Shown: one piece after another, positions 7,194-17,800 of the stretch
Layout: each line of letters starts with the position of its first letter
Position numbering within the stretch: the stretch's first letter is position 1
DNA from: Candidatus Rifleibacteriota bacterium
GTDB lineage: Bacteria > Muiribacteriota > Ozemobacteria > Ozemobacterales > Ozemobacteraceae
DNA length: 37,524 nucleotides
Direction of reading: 5' to 3'
Assembly (NCBI GenBank): GCA_051747585.1
Contig: JBNJGH010000022.1
Coordinates: 2,928-40,451, forward strand
The notes under the pieces: generated by a model
Database searches by the model: none
What the model was told of the DNA's origin: nothing
What the model saw: the letters and a program-made list of their open reading frames with translations, nothing else
Position numbers and translations under genes: made by a program

Positions 7194-9902
7194 ATGAGTA
7201 ACAAGAAAATTTTATTACCAGAAGGTCCTCTTACCAGTAAAAGAAAAACAAGAAGACCCAGGACAACGACAAAAAAGAAAAAAAGAAAAAGCACCACCCC
7301 TCTGCCTTTCAGCGTAAACAATCGTCAACGAAGCGAAGCTACCGGTCTTATTATGGTCGGGTTCAGCGCATTTTCCCTTTCATTGTTACATTACTTAAGC
7401 TCGTCAAAAGTATCTGGCCTGGTTAATTCCTGTATGGTCTATCTGGGTGTGGGCGTATATATCTTACCCGCCCTTATTGCAATGATGGGGATTCAAAAAT
7501 TCATGGAAAGGCCTTTTCAAAACCTTGGCTGGAGAATAGCCGGTTCTATAGGGGTAATTGTTACCGGACTCTCACTTCTCGGACTTGAAGGCGGTAAAAT
7601 AGGCGTCTACGCCATGCAAGCCTCTACAAATATGTTCGGGCCAGTACCAAGCAAAATATTGTTTTTCTTTCTTTTTCTATCATCTCTTATTTTTGCTCTT
7701 GATATTCTTTATAAGGATCTACTTGCAGCAGGAGTTGTATTGGCCGGCCTTACAACCAGGTTGTTAATTTTTGCCTGGGAACTGACTCTTGCATTGCTAT
7801 CTATGCTTATAGAAGCGGTTAAAACCACCTCAAGACTTATAAATGTAACTATCAACAGAATTAAGCAGGTTTTTGAAGAAAAAGATATCCACCCTGCAAA
7901 CCAGCTTGGAAAACTTCTCAGCTTCAAACCCCGCCCGGAAGTTCCTGACAGAGAAGAAGACAATACGAAACCTCAGACCGATACCAGGAGCCCAACTGAA
8001 GAAGAACAAGAAGTTAAAAAACCGGAAAACTACAGGGAAGAAGCAGATGAAAATAAAGGCGACGAAGAAGACGCCACCATAATTCCTGTCCCTCAATGTT
8101 GGCAGGACATGAATGAAAGTCAACCCCAGAAGACTCCAGACTCATCTGCTCAAGCTATTTCAGCACAAATTAATCAATTGCCAACCGAAAACTTCATTCC
8201 TGTTTCCGGTGCTTCGTTTGTAGAAGACTCATCAAATAATAACGGCAACAAAGAAGAAGCCAATAATTCAGAAATACTAAAAGACGAAAACGACGACAAT
8301 GATGAGCTCAGAGTCATAGTAGAACTTGAAAATGAAAATGGTCAAAACGAATTTGAAGAGGATAAAGACTATGATGAAACTGCCTTTCTCGAAGACAACC
8401 GCATAGATCAAGAAATTAAAGACAATGAAGAAGATTATGAAAACAAACAGGAAAAGGTAAACCCCTACAGCCACTCGATTTTACCCCCACTCGACCTGCT
8501 TAAATTGCCACCGCCCCGCGACAATCAGCAAAGCCAATCGGACCTGAGCCAACGCTCGTCTTTACTGCTGAAAACTCTCGAAGAATTTGGCATCAAAGCG
8601 TCGGTTACAGCCATAGTCGAAGGGCCGGCAGTATCAAGGTTTGAACTGAAGCCAGCGCCGGGAATTAAAGTTTCCAGAATTACATCTCTGGCTGATGATA
8701 TCGCTCTTGCACTTGCGGCACAGGCGATCAGAATTGAAGCCCCTATACCGGGAAAACCGGCTCTTGGAATAGAAATACCGAATTCCAATCCAACTCCTGT
8801 ATATTTTTATGACCTGCTCAAAAACGAAAAATTTAAAAAGAAATCAGCCGACCTGAACCTGGCTCTGGGAGTTACGATCAGTGGCAAAGCTGTTTTTGCA
8901 GATCTTGCAGAAATGCCACATCTACTCATAGCCGGCTCAACAGGCTCAGGGAAATCAGTCTGCGTCAACACCATTATTGCAAGCATTCTTTATCAGGCAA
9001 GAGCAGACCAGGTAAAATTTGTCATGATTGACCCTAAAATGGTTGAGCTTTCGACTTACAACGGAATACCACATCTTATTTCTCCGGTTGTTACCGATCC
9101 ATCAAAAGCGGCTTCTGCGCTAATGTGGGCCGTTGAAGAAATGGAAAGACGTTATTCACTGCTGGCAGAATGTGGAGTCAGAAAAATCTCAACCTATAAT
9201 GAAGATATTGAAAGACTCAAGAAAGAAGTTGACTCTGATCTTGAGCCAATGCCTTTTATTGTGATAATTATAGATGAGCTTGCAGATTTAATGATGACTG
9301 CTTCAGCCGAAGTGGAAGGGTCAATCTGTCGACTGGCTCAAATGGCACGTGCAGTTGGTATTCATCTGGTTATTGCAACCCAGAGGCCCTCGGTAAATGT
9401 TCTGACTGGAGTTATTAAAGCAAATTTACCTACAAGAATTGCATTTTCTGTAACTTCTGCTGTAGACTCAAGAACTATTCTCGATGCAAAAGGAGCAGAA
9501 AGACTTCTGGGAAAAGGTGACATGCTCTTCATACCTAAAGGTAGAAACAAGCCTTTAAGATTACAGGGTGCATTTATTTCTGACCGTGAGCTGATGGATA
9601 TTACAGAATTTGTAAAATCTCAAGGCACGCCGGAATATACTGATATTGCACCGGAAAATTCTGACAATTCAGATGATGATTTGTCAGAACCTGATCCGAC
9701 TCAAGATGCAGATGCGGCTTTAATAAGCAAAATCACAAAATATCTTGAAACTCAGGAAAAAACATCGACCAGTAAACTACAAAGAAAATTCAGAATCGGT
9801 TATAATAGAGCGGCCAGAATTATGGATCAACTTGAAGAAGATGGGATGGTAAGCCCAATGGACGGTTCAAATAAACGTAGAGTTCTCATTTGGAAGGAGT
9901 AG
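7194..9902 (+). CDS. ftsK: DNA translocase FtsK/SpoIIIE
   Basis: N-terminal TM domain, acidic linker, PHLLIAGSTGSGKS Walker A, IDELADLMM, LVIATQRPS, gamma domain RIGYNRAARIMDQLE. Confidence 0.96.
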   Translation: MSNKKILLPEGPLTSKRKTRRPRTTTKKKKRKSTTPLPFSVNNRQRSEATGLIMVGFSAFSLSLLHYLSSSKVSGLVNSCMVYLGVGVYILPALIAMMGIQKFMERPFQNLGWRIAGSIGVIVTGLSLLGLEGGKIGVYAMQASTNMFGPVPSKILFFFLFLSSLIFALDILYKDLLAAGVVLAGLTTRLLIFAWELTLALLSMLIEAVKTTSRLINVTINRIKQVFEEKDIHPANQLGKLLSFKPRPEVPDREEDNTKPQTDTRSPTEEEQEVKKPENYREEADENKGDEEDATIIPVPQCWQDMNESQPQKTPDSSAQAISAQINQLPTENFIPVSGASFVEDSSNNNGNKEEANNSEILKDENDDNDELRVIVELENENGQNEFEEDKDYDETAFLEDNRIDQEIKDNEEDYENKQEKVNPYSHSILPPLDLLKLPPPRDNQQSQSDLSQRSSLLLKTLEEFGIKASVTAIVEGPAVSRFELKPAPGIKVSRITSLADDIALALAAQAIRIEAPIPGKPALGIEIPNSNPTPVYFYDLLKNEKFKKKSADLNLALGVTISGKAVFADLAEMPHLLIAGSTGSGKSVCVNTIIASILYQARADQVKFVMIDPKMVELSTYNGIPHLISPVVTDPSKAASALMWAVEEMERRYSLLAECGVRKISTYNEDIERLKKEVDSDLEPMPFIVIIIDELADLMMTASAEVEGSICRLAQMARAVGIHLVIATQRPSVNVLTGVIKANLPTRIAFSVTSAVDSRTILDAKGAERLLGKGDMLFIPKGRNKPLRLQGAFISDRELMDITEFVKSQGTPEYTDIAPENSDNSDDDLSEPDPTQDADAALISKITKYLETQEKTSTSKLQRKFRIGYNRAARIMDQLEEDGMVSPMDGSNKRRVLIWKE

Positions 9903-9911
9903 TTCTCAGTT

Positions 9912-12900
9912 ATGAGCAAGGAAATATGCCCCTTTCTGGGTAAAATAAAAGGCGACAACAAACCTGAAAGCACCTGCATTCAGGAGCAATGCATGTTTTA
10001 TCATGCAGAAGAATCAAGGTGCATTTTTCTTGAGATAGGAACTGCTTCCCGCGAATACCTTGTTTCTCTTAAAAAACTGGCAGAGCAGAATGATCTTTCG
10101 CTCCTCCGAGAAAGGGTTGCCACATTTTCTGACGAGGAAAAACAAGAAAGAGTTCAACTATATTTGAACCAGGCTGAAATCAGTAAAAACAAAGGTCATT
10201 TTTCCAAAGCCCTGCTTGATTTCAAAAAAGCTCTTATTATGGATAAAGAAAATCCTGATATCCATAAATCTCTGGGTGATATTTTTGCAATACAGGGAAT
10301 AATAGAAGAAGCTATTTCTTCATATCGTCAGGCTCTAAAATTATTACCTGAAGATGGTGAGATCTGGATTAAGCTGATTCTACAATACCGTGCACTGCAT
10401 TCTCAAATGCCAGATCGGGAGCAAAGATACAAAGCTGCCACAGATAAGCTCAGAGAAGAACTCAGGTCTCTTGAAAGTGAATCAATGGCCAACTGTATCA
10501 TGGGTAATATAATGCTCATTCTTCATTCCCAGGACAAAGACACTTTTATCGAAGAACGCAAAGAAGCCGGGCTTCTTATGGAAAGAGCGCTTGAAATTAA
10601 CCCGGAAAATATATGGGCACATCTTGGCCTTAAAGATCTGATGATTTATGACCAGAAGTATGATGCTGCAATAGAGCAACTTAAGACGGCTCTTAAAGTA
10701 ATTCCGGAAGATGCCCGAATTAATTTCGAGCTGGGTGAATGCTACCTCATTTCTCAAGCTGAACATGCAATGATTGCAGAAAATGCTCTGGCCAAAGCCC
10801 AGGAAAGCTATAGCAAAGCGCTCGAACTCAACCCCAGTTATGCACCGGCATATTTCAGACTTGGATTTATTTTCGAACAAAAAGCCAGTTATGACCAGGC
10901 AATTGATTATTATCATCAGGGTCTGGTTATAAATCCCACCAATATTTTCGCCCATTTCCGCCTTGGAAAAATCCATTTGTTGATGGGTATGATAGAAATG
11001 GCTACCCAAAGATTTAAAGAGGTTATCGAGCTTTCTAAAAACAGAACACAGGATACTTATCAGACGGGCTATCTGTTTAACAAATTGCGTTTTTTCAAAG
11101 AAGCAAATGCACTTGGAGCCTGGATCGAACTCGGTAAAATTTACGTTAAACGTCGCCAGTATGATGATGCTTTTGAAAGTTTCCAGAAAGCCCTTGAGCT
11201 TGACAATTCAAGTCCGCTGGCAATAATGAATCAGATCGACCTTTACAAAATTCGGTCTACCGGCAGCAGAGACACAGAAACCCTTTTCAATAAATATATC
11301 GAGCAGTATAAAAATGCTGCAATGGTTGATTTTCAAAATCCCGTTGCCCATTTTGCACTTGCATACGCTTGTCAGGTTCTGCCCTCACTTCTCCCCGAGA
11401 AGCAGGAAGAAAGGATGGAAGAAGCACTCAATGGTTACCAGATGGCTATAAATCTGGCACCCGATTTCAAATGGGCATATTGGGGCTTGAAAAACTCTTA
11501 CCTGACCACCATCCAGGATTCCAGCCCATTGTATGAACCGGCGCTCGAAGCTTGTCAGGCTGTAGAAAAAATGGATCCCGAAGACCCGCGAGCCTACTTT
11601 GAAACCGGTGATGTCTATCGCAAAATGGGCGACCTTGACGAGGCCTATAAATGCTTCAGCAGTGCCGCCGATAAAGACAAAACCTTTATTCCGGCCTTCC
11701 TGAACATGGCCGAAATCCGATTCAAAGAGAACAAACCTCAAGAAGCCATAAGGCTTTACCAGAAAGTCATACAAATCAATCCAAATTTTGCCCAGGGCTA
11801 CTTTGAGCTTGGTCGGGTTTATAAAGAAATTAATGAATACGAAAAAGCATTGGCCAATCTGCGCAAAGCAATCGAACTTGATATTGATTATATCGAGGCT
11901 CATTTTGCAATCGGCCAGATCAGCTTTGAGCAAGATCAGGATGAAACGGCAAAAATCAGGTTTAACCGAGTTATCGAACTTAACAGTACAAATGTTGAAG
12001 CACACTATTATCTTGGAAGAATTCATCACCGGAACTCTAACTATCAGCAGGCAATCGAAGAGTTTAACAAGGCCATAAACCTTTCACCTCATCCAACAAA
12101 GGTTCAGTTTGATCTGGCAAAACTCTATATAGATACTTCAAACTGGACAGAAGCCCGAAAAATTCTGGAAGAAATTCTTGACCAGGATAGCAAGTTCGTC
12201 GATGCCATTATCGAATATGCCAGAACTCTTGAAATGCTTGGCATGCCTGATGAGGCCGAAGATGAATACCTTAAGGCGATTGAATATTCACCAGACAAAC
12301 TTGCGGCACACGAAGAGCTTGCAAGACTTTATGAAACAACAAATCAAATTTACAAATCAGAAGACGAATATCGCAAAGTCGTTGAGCTGAAGCCGAATCA
12401 TGTAGATGCACAGATGGCTCTGGCCAAGATTTATATTGTTCGCGATCTGCACGATAAAGCTCTCGATGCACTTCACAGTGTGGTTGACATTCAGCCGGAT
12501 ATTTTTGAAGCCCATCTTGAGCTTGGCAGAATTTACCACCGACACAATGCATTCGACAAATCGGTTAAATCATATCTCAATGCGATTGAAATAAGACCTC
12601 ATGCTCCTCAGGCCCATGTCGAACTAGCCAATGTTTATTTAGATCTCGAAAAATCTTCTGCGGCAATGGAAGAATTAAAAATAGCACTTGATATTGATTC
12701 TTCATTAAGCGAAGCTCTGGCTAATCTTGGCGATCTTTATTATATTTCTGAAAATTATAGCGAAGCTGGCAACTGCTACCGCCGACTGGTAGAAATGGAT
12801 CCGCAGAACCATTCTTCAAGATTCAGACTGGCAGAAACTTATTATCATTGCGGCCAGCTTGAAAAAGCCCTCGATGAATATCTCAAGGTTGCAGAAATAA

Positions 12901-14756
12901 ATGAGGAAAGAACTGACGCTCTGGTAAGACTTGGTAAGATTTATGCTTCTCTGGAAAAATGGGAAGAAGCCGCCAAATACTACAGCAGAGTTTTCGAGAC
13001 TGACCCACAGAACTCTATTATTCATCTAGAGCTCGGTAAGGTTTACGATCATCTTAACCGACTTACCGATGCCTTAACGGAATTTGAAGCGGCACTCAAG
13101 CATGAACCTAATAATGCAGAGATCGTTACCCAGGTCGGCCTCATTCACAGAAAACAAGGCAACCTGGACTTCGCAATTGAAAGATTTACCAGAGCAATTG
13201 AATTAGACAGTTCCAACCCCGTACCGCACCGCGAACTGGCTATGGCCTTTATCAACAAAGGGAGAGTTGACAAAGCAATAGGCGAATTTAAAGAAGCTTT
13301 GAAATACGAACCAAACAATATTGCGGTTAACATAGAGCTGGCAAAAGCTTATGCCAGCCAAGGCATAATAGATGAAGCTGTCGATGCCTATAAGAATGTA
13401 ATAAGTCTCGATCCGAGAAATTCTGCAGCTCATTTTGAGCTGGGCATAATATATTCCACCCAGAGTCAAGTCGACAATGCCATAAGTGAGTTCAAAACTG
13501 TTATCGGACTTGCTCCGGAACACAAAAGAGGTCATTTCGAGCTTGGCAGACATTTAAGAGATACAGGCAACTTTGATGAAGCTATAGAAGAGTTCAGAAA
13601 ATCTATCAAATTTGATCCTGAAAATCCGGTTATCTATTTTGAACTTGGTGATCTCCATTATAAAAGAAAAGAACTCCAAGACGCTTCAGAAATGTTTCAT
13701 AAGGCCCTGGAGCTTCAAGATGACTATGTCGAGGTCTATCAGAAACTTGGAGCAATTCACGCTGCCTTCGAAAAATGGCAGGAAGCCCGAGAATATTTTG
13801 AAAAAGCAATTGAGCTTGAAGCCGATAATTATTCAGTATACAAAGATCTTGGTGAAGCCTGCGAAAACCTTGGTGATGTAAAAGGGGCTATTGATTCCTT
13901 CGAGAAGGCACTTGAATATAAGCCAAACGATATTAATATTATCTATCGGCTGGGAGCAAAATACAAACAGAATGAAAACTTCGATGGCATGATTAACCTT
14001 TATACAAACGCTATTGAAGCCGCACCTAAAAACGCTCTGTTTTTCTTTGAGCTTGGCGAAGCTTATCGTGGCCTCAATAAATTTGACAAAGCAGCAGAAA
14101 ACTATGAAAAAGCCCTGTCGCTGAACGAAAACCTTATCGAATGCATCTACGCTCTCGGTAGCATTTTCTGGAATAATCAGAATTTTGATAAAATGGTTAA
14201 GCTTTATAAAAAAGCCATTAACCGATATCCAACCAACAGCAAAGCTCATTTTGAGCTGGGCAAAGCATATTACAAACTACTAAAAGTAACCGAAGCCATT
14301 GATGAGTTCAAAAAAGTAATAAACCTTGATTCCAATCATTCCAAAGTTTATTTCGAACTGGGTAAATTATATCTCGAAAACGGAATGTTGAATGAAGCGG
14401 CTGAAACTCTGCAAAAAGCTACCGAAATCACACCGGAAAATGGCGAAGCTTTCTTCTGTCTGGCAAAAGCTTATGAAGGTTTAAATGAAAAAGAAAAAGC
14501 GACAGACGCTTTCAGACAAGCCCAGGAACAAATGGAAGAAAATTACGAAATTCTCGTAAAAGTTGGTTCAGACTATCTCGAGAAAGAGCAGTTCGAACAG
14601 GCTGTCACAGAGTTAAAAAAAGCGGCAGAGTTAGAAGAAGCGAGCTACGATGTATATTTCCTGCTGGGAAAAGCTTATCGTGGACTGGGCAAGAATGAAG
14701 AAGCAGTAGCCGCTTTAGAAAAGGCAGATCAGTTAATGGAAGAAGAGGAGAATTAA
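9912..14756 (+). CDS. Giant tetratricopeptide repeat protein with N-terminal 4-Cys motif
   Basis: 1614 aa of ~34-aa TPR periodicity (AHFELG...A...F.KAIELDP); CPF...C-x4-C-x9-C at the N-terminus; no signal peptide. Confidence 0.9.
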   Translation: MSKEICPFLGKIKGDNKPESTCIQEQCMFYHAEESRCIFLEIGTASREYLVSLKKLAEQNDLSLLRERVATFSDEEKQERVQLYLNQAEISKNKGHFSKALLDFKKALIMDKENPDIHKSLGDIFAIQGIIEEAISSYRQALKLLPEDGEIWIKLILQYRALHSQMPDREQRYKAATDKLREELRSLESESMANCIMGNIMLILHSQDKDTFIEERKEAGLLMERALEINPENIWAHLGLKDLMIYDQKYDAAIEQLKTALKVIPEDARINFELGECYLISQAEHAMIAENALAKAQESYSKALELNPSYAPAYFRLGFIFEQKASYDQAIDYYHQGLVINPTNIFAHFRLGKIHLLMGMIEMATQRFKEVIELSKNRTQDTYQTGYLFNKLRFFKEANALGAWIELGKIYVKRRQYDDAFESFQKALELDNSSPLAIMNQIDLYKIRSTGSRDTETLFNKYIEQYKNAAMVDFQNPVAHFALAYACQVLPSLLPEKQEERMEEALNGYQMAINLAPDFKWAYWGLKNSYLTTIQDSSPLYEPALEACQAVEKMDPEDPRAYFETGDVYRKMGDLDEAYKCFSSAADKDKTFIPAFLNMAEIRFKENKPQEAIRLYQKVIQINPNFAQGYFELGRVYKEINEYEKALANLRKAIELDIDYIEAHFAIGQISFEQDQDETAKIRFNRVIELNSTNVEAHYYLGRIHHRNSNYQQAIEEFNKAINLSPHPTKVQFDLAKLYIDTSNWTEARKILEEILDQDSKFVDAIIEYARTLEMLGMPDEAEDEYLKAIEYSPDKLAAHEELARLYETTNQIYKSEDEYRKVVELKPNHVDAQMALAKIYIVRDLHDKALDALHSVVDIQPDIFEAHLELGRIYHRHNAFDKSVKSYLNAIEIRPHAPQAHVELANVYLDLEKSSAAMEELKIALDIDSSLSEALANLGDLYYISENYSEAGNCYRRLVEMDPQNHSSRFRLAETYYHCGQLEKALDEYLKVAEINEERTDALVRLGKIYASLEKWEEAAKYYSRVFETDPQNSIIHLELGKVYDHLNRLTDALTEFEAALKHEPNNAEIVTQVGLIHRKQGNLDFAIERFTRAIELDSSNPVPHRELAMAFINKGRVDKAIGEFKEALKYEPNNIAVNIELAKAYASQGIIDEAVDAYKNVISLDPRNSAAHFELGIIYSTQSQVDNAISEFKTVIGLAPEHKRGHFELGRHLRDTGNFDEAIEEFRKSIKFDPENPVIYFELGDLHYKRKELQDASEMFHKALELQDDYVEVYQKLGAIHAAFEKWQEAREYFEKAIELEADNYSVYKDLGEACENLGDVKGAIDSFEKALEYKPNDINIIYRLGAKYKQNENFDGMINLYTNAIEAAPKNALFFFELGEAYRGLNKFDKAAENYEKALSLNENLIECIYALGSIFWNNQNFDKMVKLYKKAINRYPTNSKAHFELGKAYYKLLKVTEAIDEFKKVINLDSNHSKVYFELGKLYLENGMLNEAAETLQKATEITPENGEAFFCLAKAYEGLNEKEKATDAFRQAQEQMEENYEILVKVGSDYLEKEQFEQAVTELKKAAELEEASYDVYFLLGKAYRGLGKNEEAVAALEKADQLMEEEEN

Positions 14757-14813
14757 TGTTAAAAATACTCCTTGTTATACAAAGAATTAATAAGCAGATA
14801 AGGAGACAGCTGA

Positions 14814-17800
14814 ATGATTAACCGCTGGGAAATCCTTCTGGAAAAAGGGCAGACATACTACGATCTGGAAAATTACCAAAAAGCAAACAGCACTTTAGAA
14901 AAAGTCCTTAAGGAAAAGCCGGACTTTGTACCGGCTTTAAAATTGCTGGCAAACAGTTTACAAAAAATTGACGACAAAGAAGGCGCAATAGAAGTTCTCG
15001 AAAAAATTATTGAACTGTCTCCTGGTGATGCCGCAACTCTGAACTCACTTGGTGCGCTACTGCTTGAAACCGGCAACAATGACAGGGCCATAGAAATATA
15101 CGAAAAGGCAATTGAGCTTGATCCTGAAAGAAAAGAATTACAGTATGACCTGGGAATGCTTCACATGCAGAGAAATGCGCTTGAAAAAGCAGAATACAGA
15201 TTCAACCAGGCTCTTAAAATCGATCCAAAATACAGCGCGCCAATTATTGAACTGGCTCGTTTAAAAATAACCAGCAATGATATTAACGGAGCAATTGAAC
15301 TTTTCAGCCAGGCTCTTGAAAATGATCAAGACAATGCAAAACTTCATTATGAACTCGGAGAGGCCTACGAGTTGGATGGTCGATATAACGATGCCATCAT
15401 GGAATACAAAAAGGCAGAATACCTCGACCCCGATAATCCTGAAGTTCACTTCCGTATCGGCAAAGACCTTGAGGCACGGGGAAAAATTGAAGAAGCGCTC
15501 GAAAAGTATCAAGCAGTAAAAGAACTCGACCAAGAAAATGTCGAGCTATATTATCGTTGCGGAAAATTATATCAAAAACTTGACTTGACTGACGAAGCGC
15601 TTGAAGAATTTGAGCAGATAAAAAAGCTTAAGCCCGAGTGGCTTGAAATTCGTTACGAGCTTGCCGGAATTTACGGCGATAAAGGCGAATATGAAAAACA
15701 GGTCAATGAATATGAAGCTATTGCAGAACAGGATACCTCATCACCTGAAGTCATGAAAAACCTTGCCGCCTCGTATGCAGCAAGCGGAGAACTTGAAAAG
15801 GCCATAGATTCTTATAACAAAGCACTTGAGGCCACACCAGATGATTTTGAAATTCTTGAGCAGCTTTACGAAATAGTTCTTGGGGGGGGCGACGCTCTGG
15901 CCTGTTTTGATGCCCTTGAAGCCTTGAGCGTAAGCCAGCCGGAAGATGCCGACCTGGCTTTAATTCTTGCCAGAGCTTCAGCTGAAAAGGGCTATCTTGA
16001 TGAAGCCAACGCCTATTATTCAAGAGTTCTTGAGCTTGCCCCCGAGAGAACAGACATTAAAGGTGAGCTTCGCATGATTTACCACAACAAGGGAATGGTA
16101 AAGGAAGAGATCGAAGCTATAAAAGCGTTGCTCGAAACAGATCATTCTAATATCGAGCTTTTAAGTGACCTGCAGGAGCTTCAAATTAAAGCCGGCAATG
16201 ATCGCGAAGCCATTAATACATTGATGAAGCTCAACCAGATTGCACCCTCAACAGAATGGCTCAACAAACTCGGTAAAGTTTATACAAATCTGGGCTTTAT
16301 CAATGAAGCGGCCAATGCCCTACAGCAAGCTATACAGCTAGATCCCGACGATGTTACTCCACATGAAACCCTGGTTGAGATTTATAAACAGCGCAACATG
16401 TATGACGAAGCAATTCGTTCTTATCAGGCAATTATAGCCAAAAACCCCAACAATTTAAAAGCTCACCTGGGATTAGGAGAACTTTACAAAAAGCTTGGCC
16501 GAACCCAGGAGCAGGTTTCTTCTCTTAAACAGGCTATTAATCTTGGTGCTGAAGACCCAAGATTATTTCTCGAGCTTGGTTCTCTTCTAATTCAGGAAGG
16601 GAAGAAAGATGAAGGTGCCGGGTACCTGGGCAAAGCAAAAGAAAAATCAGAAAATTCTGAAAATGTTCTTACCAGACTGGTGGATGTTTATCTAATTAAT
16701 AACATGAACCAGGAAGCCTTGAACGAACTGGAAACTTTACGCCAGGCAAACCCCGAAGATCTTAATCTTTATCTTAAGATTTCAAGAGTTTATCAAACTC
16801 AACAAATGTTTGACGAGGCGCTGGAAGTTCTATCGCAGGCAAAAGTCATTGCGCCGCAGGATATCTCAATAACGCTTCAGATTGCTCGGATCTATCTTAA
16901 CAGTGGCAATTATCAAAAAGTTGTTGAAATTCTTCAGGAAGTCAGACAGCTTCATCCAGGCAACAGCGAAATCTCTTCGCTGATTTCAGAAGCCTATGCA
17001 CAATCGGGCGATCAGGAAATGGCCATAATGGAACTTAAAAACATTATCAGTCAGGACCCAAAAAACCAGGAGGCCAGAGTCCAATTGGGCAAAATTTATT
17101 CTATCAGCAATATGATAGACCAAGCCACAATGACTTTCAAAGATATTGTTCAAGAGTTCCCCGACAACCCCGTCGGGCATGTTGAACTTGGTAAAATTTA
17201 CCTTAACATGGGCGAATCTTATAAAGACAATAATATGATTGAGAATGGCTTTAACGAGCTTAAATCGGCTGTAACTCTTGATCCGAAATGCCTGGATGCC
17301 CATCTTGAGTTGGGAATAGCCTATTACGATATTGGCAAAGTTGATGAGTCGCTTGAAGAGTTTAACAAAGTGCTTAATCTTGATCCTCTACACTTAAAAG
17401 CCAAAGAATACCAAAATTCGCTTATTAATTCCAGAATGAGCTCCCAGGCTGAAGAAGGGATTAAACAGGCAAGAATTTTCAGCGACCGTGGCATGCTGAA
17501 AAATGCAATCATGGAATATGAAAATGTTCTTCAAATACAGCCTCAAAACCAGATCGCCTGGTATGAGCTTGGTAATGTTCAGATTCAACTGGAGCAATAT
17601 GAAAAGGCTTTAAATTCAATTCAGCAGGCAAAAGAAATAGATCCTGAACAGGCAGAAATCTATGTCGCTTTAGCCCATATATACCTTCAAACAGATCAGG
17701 CAGACGAAGCCTCCATTGAGCTACAGGAATTGCTTGGAATGTATCCAACTCATTTCCAGGGTCTGTATCTGCTAGGTAAGATTTTCCAGGAAAAAGGCTG

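Noticed and set aside
7194..9902. FtsK as a conjugative, type VII or defence ATPase
   Set aside because: Single motor domain, N-terminal TM region and gamma domain in a housekeeping context indicate the chromosomal translocase
15880..15890. G8 homopolymer in TPR2 as a phase-variation tract
   Set aside because: The tract is short and in frame (Gly-Gly-Gly), and variability cannot be judged without reads
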